A stretch of 64,000 bases of DNA from an uncultured Piscirickettsiaceae bacterium (GTDB lineage Bacteria; Pseudomonadota; Gammaproteobacteria; GCF-002020875): positions 81,421 to 145,420 of the forward strand of contig CAYFMX010000001.1 of the NCBI GenBank assembly GCA_964344325.1. The letters are read 5' to 3'. The notes below the pieces were generated by a model. It searched no databases and was not told where the DNA came from. It saw nothing but the letters and a program-made list of their open reading frames with translations. Shown here in pieces: positions 46,450-54,525 of the stretch (within the stretch, counting starts at the first letter, position 1; the number at the start of each line of letters is the position of its first letter). A program made the position numbers and the translations under genes.

Positions 46450-47321
46450 TGTTTCCACCTCCGTTCCCAGCACTTCAAATCGTTGAAGTCGGTCAGGTGT
46501 TCCGGGGCATCATCAGGCCATTGGGGAAACACCACCAATGCACCTGCCACCCGTGCCGCTTCCGTTGCTTTGGTGCGTCCCGGATTGCCTTTGGTTTGAC
46601 GGTCATCATCCCCGGCAATGATGATTTCTGTATCAGGCCAGTGGTTCCGCGCCGCCATCGCTACGGGTTTCAGATTCCCTGTATCCAGTGCCGCCAGTAC
46701 CGTACTTTCCGGCTCCTCTTCGGTAAGGGTGCAGCCGGTCGCCCATCCTTCACAAATTACTACCCGTTGCACCACTTCCAGTTTTCCATTGACCACAATG
46801 AAACAGCCTTGTTTGCGTCCACCGGTCAGAAAGCATTTCTTTCCATCTTTGCCAATCAACTGCACGTTATGCAGGTTTCCGCCAAAATCGACCACCGGAA
46901 TCACCAACGCACCTTTGTACAAGCGTGCGCCGTGCGGCTGGATCATCTTTTTCAGCAGATATGGATAATCAGGCAGGGTGGGAATAGCGTGTTTCCAAAT
47001 CCGTGCCGCTTTCTGTGCTACCCGTGCCTGTTGCTGTTTTCGTTCTTCTTTTACCGCCTGTTGTGCAATTTTGACTTGCTTCCAGAATGCTTCCCGTTCG
47101 CTACGGGAAAATATTTTCGGTTGTTTGCCTTGCCACACTTCCGAAAGGCCGGTTGACCAATCCCCGAAACAGCCGCCCAATTGATCGGGAAACAGTCTGC
47201 ACCATCCGGCACGGTTGCCGGGTCTCTTCCCGTAACCGGGAAAGCGGTGCAGTTTGCCGGGGATGATCTGCGGGGGCGGTTCCATCCCGTAGGCGCGGAT
47301 TGCCTGTATAAATTCCATCAT
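46446..47321 (-). CDS. Toprim-domain primase-like protein
   Basis: 291 aa. The N-terminal GKLHRFPGYGKRPGNRAGWCRLF resembles P4-alpha/TraC-like primases. The Toprim region shows VVICEGWATGC ... IIIAGDDD. Confidence 0.7.
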   Translation of the reverse strand: MMEFIQAIRAYGMEPPPQIIPGKLHRFPGYGKRPGNRAGWCRLFPDQLGGCFGDWSTGLSEVWQGKQPKIFSRSEREAFWKQVKIAQQAVKEERKQQQARVAQKAARIWKHAIPTLPDYPYLLKKMIQPHGARLYKGALVIPVVDFGGNLHNVQLIGKDGKKCFLTGGRKQGCFIVVNGKLEVVQRVVICEGWATGCTLTEEEPESTVLAALDTGNLKPVAMAARNHWPDTEIIIAGDDDRQTKGNPGRTKATEAARVAGALVVFPQWPDDAPEHLTDFNDLKCWERRWKQ

Positions 47322-47333
47322 GGTTTCGCCCCC

Positions 47334-47522
47334 TCAATTCCGGCTCTCTGCAATGCGTTGGGAAAGCCATTCGTGGATTTCTGATTCCACCCATCCAACG
47401 GCACGGCTGCCAAGGGAAACAGGTTTGGGAAATTTTCCGTCGGAAATACGCAAATAGATGGTGGAACGGGAAAGGCCGGTCATATCCTTCACGGCTGGAA
47501 GGCGTAGGATTTTGTCTGCCAT
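47334..47522 (-). CDS. alpA: AlpA-family transcriptional regulator/excisionase
   Basis: Start taken at ATG 47522. MADKILRLPAVKDMTGLSRSTIYLRISDGKFPKPVSLGSRAVGWVESEIHEWL is the classic AlpA/Phage_AlpA pattern. Confidence 0.85.
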   Translation of the reverse strand: MADKILRLPAVKDMTGLSRSTIYLRISDGKFPKPVSLGSRAVGWVESEIHEWLSQRIAESRN

Positions 47523-47714
47523 GTTGATACCCCTTTGGGTGTTGTTGAACATGGCTACATGATTGGCACTTCGGGAAGCGCAGAATAGATAGATAACTTT
47601 AAAAAACTTACCCACCATTTTTACAGTCAGATTATGACTAGTTTTATGAAAAATTAGCCGAAAAGATTAACGATATGAAATTAAACTATTTATTATCAAT
47701 TAGTTAATTGGTGG

Positions 47715-48440
47715 TCAGGTTGGTGTTTTAGTTGCACCTCCCTTTGGGTTCCAATTAGCCACTTTGCTGCATTCTTCGATTGCCTGTTCAATCGGCTTGC
47801 CCTTATCATTCGTCAAATTGTATTCAGCGGCGTGTTCACGTAGCCATTTATCTAAAGCTTGTTTCGGGCTTTTTCTACCGGCATCGGTGACGGCTTGCCA
47901 CGCCCTTACGCTTGCGGCAAGTTTAGGCGCATAGCGGGGATTGCTTGGATCAAGAAAATCCAAGGTTTCGGTAGGTTCAGGAAAGAAAAAGTCTGATTTA
48001 AATCCTTTAAAGCGGAGCCACTGTTTTAACGATTCCACGTTCACTAGTGATTTATAGACATCCACAGAGCCTTCGATGCTACCGGCAGGATTTCCGTTGG
48101 TATCACAATTTTGTTGTTCTACCAATACACCTTCAATAGACTGGTTATGTAACGCATTCAAATATTCTTCATCTTCTTTGATCGTATCTGGTGTATTTCG
48201 ATAGTCCAATTGCAAATTACGTACCTGTATTTCAAGATCATCCAATCCATTTTTGTATCGAATGTGGTTCCGCAACCCGCTGCAAATTGCAGTTTTCACA
48301 GCTTCATATCCGGCTGGTCGCTTTTCAATAGCCCAATTTTCAGCGTATTCCGCCATGCTTGGGTCTTCGCCAACAATCAATAAAGCGGTTTGCGCAATAT
48401 TGAGTTCTTCGCAGAATCGCCAATAATCTAAATTGTCCAT
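47715..48440 (-). CDS. islet hypothetical protein (241 aa)
   Basis: Start taken at ATG 48440. The C-terminal YAPKLAASVRAWQAV...SPKQALDKWLREHA...KVANWNPKGGATKTP is a motif I have seen in island-borne hypotheticals. Function unknown. Confidence 0.5.
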   Translation of the reverse strand: MDNLDYWRFCEELNIAQTALLIVGEDPSMAEYAENWAIEKRPAGYEAVKTAICSGLRNHIRYKNGLDDLEIQVRNLQLDYRNTPDTIKEDEEYLNALHNQSIEGVLVEQQNCDTNGNPAGSIEGSVDVYKSLVNVESLKQWLRFKGFKSDFFFPEPTETLDFLDPSNPRYAPKLAASVRAWQAVTDAGRKSPKQALDKWLREHAAEYNLTNDKGKPIEQAIEECSKVANWNPKGGATKTPT

Positions 48441-48722
48441 ATCAATCCTTATCTGGTTATAACTCCATTGGAGACGTTGCGGAAAAAGCTGGGGATGGAG
48501 TAATGGCGGGGGTCGCTCATAGGGTTTGGGATACCTCATAAGGTTGGTTGAAATAAAAATCGAAATCATTAGGAAATTCCGATGAAAGAACCAACATGGG
48601 GATGAAATCAATTGATTTCAAGGAAGATTTTGGAATTTTTTGGCTTTTATGGGACAATCAATGTAAAGTGAATTCTTTGCATAAAAATAATGTGCACCCA
48701 AGCACACCCAGAGGTTGCTACC

Positions 48723-49061
48723 ATGGCCTTATGCTCTTTCAATACCGATTTCTGGTGCGATTTTGAATCACACTCATCGTTTATTGACGTTCTCCAATCA
48801 GGAAATATTGACTATAAAAGTACTCAACTTCACCAAAAGGGTGTAGTTGAAAACCCTACATATGTAGTTCAAATTATTGAGGCAATAAGCACTCTTGGTA
48901 TTGCCGGGGTAATAATCGCATGGTTAAAGATCAAAGCATCTAGAAAAGTACAAATAATGAAAAGCGATCTAAAAACTGTAATTATCACCCAAGGTTACTC
49001 TGTGAAAGAAATAGAAAAAATTGTAAAAAACGCACGCCATATTTCTTTAAAAGATAAATAA
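48723..49061 (+). CDS. small TM protein, islet cargo (about 112 aa)
   Basis: AT-rich. It has a central TM helix IIEAISTLGIAGVIIAWL followed by KIKASRKVQIMKSDLKTVIITQGYSVKEIEKIV. Confidence 0.45.
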   Translation: MALCSFNTDFWCDFESHSSFIDVLQSGNIDYKSTQLHQKGVVENPTYVVQIIEAISTLGIAGVIIAWLKIKASRKVQIMKSDLKTVIITQGYSVKEIEKIVKNARHISLKDK

Positions 49062-49260
49062 AACCTAATGTGTTTAAAAATGGAATATATGATTTAAAAT
49101 TAACTACTTGACTCTAAGTAAAAAAATTAAAATAACAGAAGATAGCTTTAAAGAGCTTAAGTATGCTCGCGAAATATTGTCTAATTCACCAGCTATAGAA
49201 GAGAAACATGAAATATGTTGTATGTCGAATAATAATATATTCTTTAGAAGGAATGGTTTT

Positions 49261-49635
49261 ATGAAAAATATATTTATTTTAACTGTTCTAATTTTCACAA
49301 GTATCATAACATTTTCAATGTTAAGCTCTCGATTATCTGTACCAGATAATGTGATTTCATGGCTAAATACATACTACACAAAATTTCCAGTTGGTGGAGG
49401 GTGGGTTTTAGAAAAAGTTGTAGATGATAGAGGCAGGGCGAGAATAGATTTTAAAATTCCACGTGCGCTAGGAGGTAACTATACTCAACAACAAAATATG
49501 TTAAAAGCTATGTGTCCTAACAGACACGAAGAAATTTGGAAAAACCAATTTGCCAACGAAATAGAGATATTTGTTATGACAAATGATGGTAAATTTTCTG
49601 CAATAGCAACATGTCCCTCGTTTAACAACACATAA
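49261..49635 (+). CDS. small exported/anchored protein, islet cargo (124 aa)
   Basis: Start taken at ATG 49261. The N-terminal hydrophobic segment is MKNIFILTVLIFTSIITFSMLSS. AT-rich; no family recognised. Confidence 0.45.
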   Translation: MKNIFILTVLIFTSIITFSMLSSRLSVPDNVISWLNTYYTKFPVGGGWVLEKVVDDRGRARIDFKIPRALGGNYTQQQNMLKAMCPNRHEEIWKNQFANEIEIFVMTNDGKFSAIATCPSFNNT

Positions 49636-49681
49636 ATAAGGAAAACTGGGTGGATTAGTGTAAAAAAGCACGATTTTCTTG

Positions 49682-50902
49682 CTACGCCGCTTCCTGTTTA
49701 AACGGGATGATTTCTGCCCCTGCCTTCAACTGATCCAGATAATCTGCCCACGCTTGCATCATTTCCTTACGCTGGGGTAGATGCGCCGTGCGGTTGTAGG
49801 CGCGTCCGTTTGGATCGCGTACTGCATGGGCGAGTTGATGTTCGATATAGTCGGGGCGGAAGCCCAGTACTTCATCCAGAATGGTGCGAGCTATTGCACG
49901 GAAGCCGTGTCCAGTCATTTCATCTTTTTCAATTCCCATGCGCCGCATCGCTGAAAGAATAGCGTTATCGCTCATTGCACGGTCGCCCTTTGGGTTACGT
50001 GCGCTGGGGAAAACATACCGCCCATGTCCCGTGACTGGGTATAGCTCCTGCAAAATCTCCACCGCTTGACGGGCAAGGGGAACAATATGTTGTGTATCAG
50101 TTTTGGTGACGGTGTACCGCCATTCTGCCCCTCCTAAGTCTATATCCTCCCACTGTGCATGGCGTAGCTCTCCGGGACGGACAAACACCAATGGTGCAAG
50201 CTGCAAGGCGCAACGGACAACCAATGTTCCAGAATATCCGTCCAGTGCCCGTAAGATACCAGCCACTTGTGCTGGTTCAGTAATGGCGGCGAAGTGCGTT
50301 CCCTTGACCGGTGGCAAAGCCCCGCGCAAATCGGCGGAAACATCGCGTTCCGCCCGTCCAGTGGCAATGGCATAGCGGAATACCTGCCCACAATTCCCTA
50401 ATGCACGATGGGCGGTCTCCAATATTCCACGTTCTTCAATGCGCTGGATAACCTTTAGAAGTTGTGGGGCTGTAATCTCTGCAATCGGAGAGCCACCCAT
50501 CCACGGGAAAATATCGCGCTCCAAACGGCGAATGATGCGGGTTGCATGGCTTTTTGACCAATTGACGGCTTGCTTAGTGAACCACTCCCGCGCAACCACT
50601 TCAAAACTGTTGGCGGCATGTTCCACTCGTGCCGCTTTCTGGTTCTTGCGGTTTGCACTAGGATCAATGTCATTGGCTAATAGCTTCCGTGCTTCATCGC
50701 GCCGTTCCCGTGCTTCTTTGAGAGAAATATCCGGGTAAACACCAAGAGATAATAATTTCTCTTTTCCATCAAAACGGTATTTCAACCGCCACCACTTCCC
50801 ACCCTTCGGGCTAATCAGCAGGAATAGCCCTTTTTCGTCGAATAGCTTTTTTTGCTTGGTGTCCGGTTTGGCCTTGCGGATTGCGGTGTCAGTGAGGGGC
50901 AT
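49682..50902 (-). CDS. int: P4-type tyrosine integrase (DUF4102 N-terminal domain)
   Basis: 406 aa. MPLTDTAIRKAKP...KLFDEKGLFLLISPKGGKWWRLKYRFDGKEKLLSLGVYPDISLKEAR is the N-terminal pattern. The catalytic region contains HGFRAIARTIL and HLPQRKEMMQAWADYL. Confidence 0.95.
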   Translation of the reverse strand: MPLTDTAIRKAKPDTKQKKLFDEKGLFLLISPKGGKWWRLKYRFDGKEKLLSLGVYPDISLKEARERRDEARKLLANDIDPSANRKNQKAARVEHAANSFEVVAREWFTKQAVNWSKSHATRIIRRLERDIFPWMGGSPIAEITAPQLLKVIQRIEERGILETAHRALGNCGQVFRYAIATGRAERDVSADLRGALPPVKGTHFAAITEPAQVAGILRALDGYSGTLVVRCALQLAPLVFVRPGELRHAQWEDIDLGGAEWRYTVTKTDTQHIVPLARQAVEILQELYPVTGHGRYVFPSARNPKGDRAMSDNAILSAMRRMGIEKDEMTGHGFRAIARTILDEVLGFRPDYIEHQLAHAVRDPNGRAYNRTAHLPQRKEMMQAWADYLDQLKAGAEIIPFKQEAA

Positions 50903-51058
50903 AGCTTGTCTGTCCTTGGGGGTATCTGAAAAGTGGGGTAACTATATTTGGGGGTAAGTAGTTACCTCCATAGTTACCCCGTTTATTCCTTGGATTCTAT
51001 AGGAATAAAGAAAACTGCAATGGACAGGGAGTCTAGCTAATGCGCTGATTTCAGACAA

Positions 51059-51082
51059 TAAAAAAGCCGTCATAGGACGGCT
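51059..51082 (-). terminator. intrinsic terminator downstream of tRNA-Phe
   Basis: On the minus strand, AGCCGTC-ctat-GACGGCT is followed by TTTTTTTAT. Confidence 0.6.
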
Positions 51083-51095
51083 TTAGAAGTTTTGT

Positions 51096-51171
<76 letters not shown>

Positions 51172-51262
51172 AGCATTTCAGCTTACGCCGAAAAGAGCTG
51201 CGTATTCAACCGCAAAATATCCTTCCGGTCAACCCTCTTGATAACGGGTTAGCTACCTAACA

Positions 51263-52444
51263 TTAACTACCGAATACATCCCGTGCTGCATCAACCGCAA
51301 CGCCGCGATTAATCGGCGCACCCATCTTGCCGAGTACCGCATCCAACGCCCCCAAACAGAAGAGGATATTTTTACGGTTGCTGGCATGCCCCATTAGCCC
51401 GATGCGCCATACCTTACCTGCCAACGCGCCCAAACCTGCGCCAATTTCGAGTTGATATTCATTCAACAACGCTTTGCGTACAGTTGCGTCGTCGGTTCCA
51501 TCTGGAATCGTTACGGAATTGAGCTGCGGCAGACGTTCTGCTTCTGGAACAACAAACTGCAATCCCATTGCTTCCAGACCCGCTTTCAACGCCAAATGGT
51601 GATCAGCATGGCGTTTCCACGAATTTTCAATCCCTTCTTCGTGCAAAATCACCAACGCTTCATGCAAGCCGTAGAGCGAATTAATCGGTGCGGTGTGGTG
51701 GTAGGCACGGGTTCCGCCATCACCCCAGTAGCCCATCACCAGATTGAGGTCGAGGAACCAGCTCTGCACTTTGGTTTTGCGGTTTTTGATGCGCTCAATT
51801 GCACGGTCACTGAATGTAACTGGCGCGAGACCCGGCGTGCAGGAGAGACATTTTTGTGAACCGGAATAGACTGCATCCGCGCCCCATTTGTCCACTTCCA
51901 CCGGCGTGCCGCCGAGCGAAGTGACGGTATCAACAATCGTCAGACAATCATGTTTCGCTGCCAATTTACAAAGTGTTTCTGCGTCAGATTGTGCACCTGT
52001 GGAAGTTTCTGCATGAACAAACGCTACGGTACTTGCCTCTGGATGCGCCTTCAATGCCTCTTCCAGTTTTTGCGGATCAACCGCACGCCCCCACTCATCT
52101 TCGACCATGATCGGTGTTGCGCCACAGCGTTCGACATTTTCTTTCATCCGCCCACCGAAAACACCATTTTGACAAACAATCACCGTATCGCCTGGTTCGA
52201 CCAAATTGACGAAGCAGATTTCCATACCGGCGGAACCTGGCGCTGAAACCGGCATTGTCAGTTCGTTTTTAGTGTGGAAGGTATCGCGCAGCATATCTTT
52301 AATTTCGTTCATCATGCCGACAAAAACAGGATCAAGATGCCCAAGCGTCGGACGAGACATCGCTTCCAGAACGCGAGGGGAAACATCGGAAGGGCCTGGC
52401 CCCATCAGCGTACGCTGCGGGGGGTGGAAAGAAGTGTGTGCCAT
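51263..52444 (-). CDS. class V aminotransferase (serine-pyruvate/alanine-glyoxylate type)
   Basis: Start taken at ATG 52444, after AAGGAA. MAHTSFHPPQRTLMGPGPSDVSPRVLEAM and SGSQKCLS (PLP lysine) match the AGXT family. Confidence 0.85.
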   Translation of the reverse strand: MAHTSFHPPQRTLMGPGPSDVSPRVLEAMSRPTLGHLDPVFVGMMNEIKDMLRDTFHTKNELTMPVSAPGSAGMEICFVNLVEPGDTVIVCQNGVFGGRMKENVERCGATPIMVEDEWGRAVDPQKLEEALKAHPEASTVAFVHAETSTGAQSDAETLCKLAAKHDCLTIVDTVTSLGGTPVEVDKWGADAVYSGSQKCLSCTPGLAPVTFSDRAIERIKNRKTKVQSWFLDLNLVMGYWGDGGTRAYHHTAPINSLYGLHEALVILHEEGIENSWKRHADHHLALKAGLEAMGLQFVVPEAERLPQLNSVTIPDGTDDATVRKALLNEYQLEIGAGLGALAGKVWRIGLMGHASNRKNILFCLGALDAVLGKMGAPINRGVAVDAARDVFGS

Positions 52445-52571
52445 AGCTATTTCCTTACAATCAATAAGGTTTTTGAAAACCAAGGTTTATGAAAATCTGA
52501 AGAACGCGGGAGCATACCCAAACTGACAGGAAAGACCAACTTTTTTAGTTGGGTTTGTCTTATGCCCCCAT

Positions 52572-52599
52572 ACTTCTGTGGCTGAACTTCTGTGGCTGA
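52572..52599. repeat. perfect tandem duplication 2 x 14 nt (ACTTCTGTGGCTGA)
   Basis: Read directly in the intergenic region. Confidence 0.9.
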
Positions 52600-52650
52600 T
52601 ATTACATCGTGTTTACTACTTGCAATTTGCAATTGTCAAAAGCATATCTT

Positions 52651-52774
52651 TAACACGATGTTCGACTTTTTCTTGTGACTTATTGTTTTATATAAAATCA
52701 GGTTTTCCTAAGAGCGATTTCCTGCAAATGGAACCATATGAATCAATAAGTTAAAAAAGTCGAACATGGTGTTA
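52651..52774. repeat. 124-bp element bounded by 21-22-nt inverted repeats (MITE-like or a large regulatory hairpin)
   Basis: TAACACGATGTTCGACTTTTT at 52651-52671 pairs with the reverse complement of 52753-52774, TAACACCATGTTCGACTTTTTT. There is one mismatch. Confidence 0.75.
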
Positions 52775-52838
52775 GGTATGATTTTTTTTAATTATATGCT
52801 TTTATAAGTTTTGTTTATTTATATAAATATAATATTTT

Positions 52839-53849
52839 ATGGAATTGTTTCTGATGGGAAAAATCTTATTTTATATTTTACGTTTTATTTTTTGGAGTAA
52901 AAGGATGGATGATTTTCTTGAGCAGCCGCTACAAAAAATCGCATTAAAGTCAGCATGGGATATGAAAAACTATGCTGACAAAGGGCCTGAGTCTGTTTTG
53001 ACAAATGGCAAAGGAAGCTGTCGTGGAATTGAATATTTGGTTAATGGCGGCGAGTATTTAAGCTCACAGAAAGGTGGCGAGACTTTATCTTCTGGGTTGA
53101 CGCAAATCAAAAACTGGATTGATAAGAATGCTGATAATATGCAGCCTCTATTTTTGAATCTTAATTTTAGGGATATTACAGGAACTCCAGGTGAATATGT
53201 GATTAATCCAGGCTCGATAGAGGAATTGAGGTTTGGTATTTTTAATAAATTAAACGGGTATGTGAATCAATATATTGGAAATGGAAATATTTATAAACCG
53301 AAAGACTTAATGACCTGGTTTGGTAAAAAAGATCCGGAGAATGGCTTTTCTAGCGCTACTGAAAATATTTCAGAAGGCATGATGCGTCATGGACTTCCAA
53401 CGTTGCAAGAAATTGGGCCAAAAGTGCTAATCTATGTGAGCGGTGAAAATATTCTAAAATATTCATATGCGCAAAAATTTGATCTTGAAAGTGATCATTT
53501 TTTTTATGATTATGAAGTAGTGTCATATAAAAAAAAGAGCTTTAATAGATTGCCGGACAAGAATGCGATCATTTACTCATTTAATACTAATTATGATCGT
53601 GGTGAAGGGTGCAAGAATAAAAAATCTCTGATGGATTCAAATCTTACTCTGCTGAAAAATAGCAATGCTTTGATCCGTATCTATACACCTGACCCAACCA
53701 ATAACAATGGGGTGAATCCAAGCCATGAAGAGAAACAATTATGGGATTATGCGCGTGATCAGATTAAATGTAATATTTTGACGACAACTTTTACAACAAG
53801 TTCCAAGTTTTTTGCGGATGAGAAAGATCCATATAAAATTTTGGCATAA
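52839..53849 (+). CDS. hypothetical protein P1 of the AT-rich cassette (possible degenerate PLC-like phosphodiesterase fold)
   Basis: 336-codon ORF. An alternative start is ATG 52905, after GGAG. The N-terminus is hydrophobic if 52839 is used. GSCRGIEYLV...LTQIKNWIDKNADNMQPLFLNLNFRD weakly resembles PI-PLC-like TIM-barrel motifs, but no HNSY-type His is seen. Confidence 0.5.
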   Translation: MELFLMGKILFYILRFIFWSKRMDDFLEQPLQKIALKSAWDMKNYADKGPESVLTNGKGSCRGIEYLVNGGEYLSSQKGGETLSSGLTQIKNWIDKNADNMQPLFLNLNFRDITGTPGEYVINPGSIEELRFGIFNKLNGYVNQYIGNGNIYKPKDLMTWFGKKDPENGFSSATENISEGMMRHGLPTLQEIGPKVLIYVSGENILKYSYAQKFDLESDHFFYDYEVVSYKKKSFNRLPDKNAIIYSFNTNYDRGEGCKNKKSLMDSNLTLLKNSNALIRIYTPDPTNNNGVNPSHEEKQLWDYARDQIKCNILTTTFTTSSKFFADEKDPYKILA

Positions 53850-53909
53850 ATTTATTGGTATTATGTTTTTTATTGACCAGACAGGAAAAATTATTTTTTA
53901 CAGGAAATA

Positions 53910-54455
53910 ATGATTATGGGGAATAAAACATATAATGTTGTAAATATTATTTTTGAAGATATAAAAAAATACGAGGTTTCATTTGTTCCAAACAGTATTA
54001 ATACTTGTAGTAATGGCTGTGACAATAATTCTACCGTGTTAATAAAAAACTTGGATGGTGACAACAAAGGGAAGAAGTGTACTTTACGGATAGTAAGACA
54101 TGGCACTAAAGATGTGGCGAACATGTTTAAAAATAAGTGTCATGAATCCAATATGATTGGGTATGACGTAGGTGAATATCCGCCAATTAAATTGAATTTT
54201 TTCTATTTGGTAAATTTAACCCTGAATCCAAACAATGAAAAAGGTTCAGATGATAAGTTTACTGTTTATCTTGCACAAGGCCATAAGCATAATGGAGACA
54301 CCAATAATTGGTATATTGCAACTGACAATAATGATTTGGTTAGAAATAAATATGATGAAAAATTGGCATCTTTATCCTCTGATGTAGCTCAAGGTAAATA
54401 TTCAATTAAAGTGGATAAGAGCTACACCATAACAATAGGTTATTTAATTGATTAG
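53910..54455 (+). CDS. hypothetical protein P2 of the AT-rich cassette (181 aa)
   Basis: Clean ORF 60 nt after P1. It is Asn/Lys-rich with several Cys. No signal peptide and no family recognised. Confidence 0.5.
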   Translation: MIMGNKTYNVVNIIFEDIKKYEVSFVPNSINTCSNGCDNNSTVLIKNLDGDNKGKKCTLRIVRHGTKDVANMFKNKCHESNMIGYDVGEYPPIKLNFFYLVNLTLNPNNEKGSDDKFTVYLAQGHKHNGDTNNWYIATDNNDLVRNKYDEKLASLSSDVAQGKYSIKVDKSYTITIGYLID

Positions 54456-54525
54456 GGTGTGTGGATATTTTTTCCTGTAATTGTGCAGGCAATAAACTTT
54501 AGTTTGAATGATAGGGTGATCGGTA

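Larger units (their letters stand above)
44440..51095. mobile_element. P4-like integrative satellite/genomic islet inserted next to tRNA-Phe
   Basis: A P4-type integrase abuts the 3' end of tRNA-Phe. Beyond it lie AT-rich cargo, alpA, a Toprim primase, a RecA-like ATPase, an iteron array and a zinc-ribbon gene. The left boundary is approximate because no tRNA-derived direct repeat was found. Confidence 0.7.
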
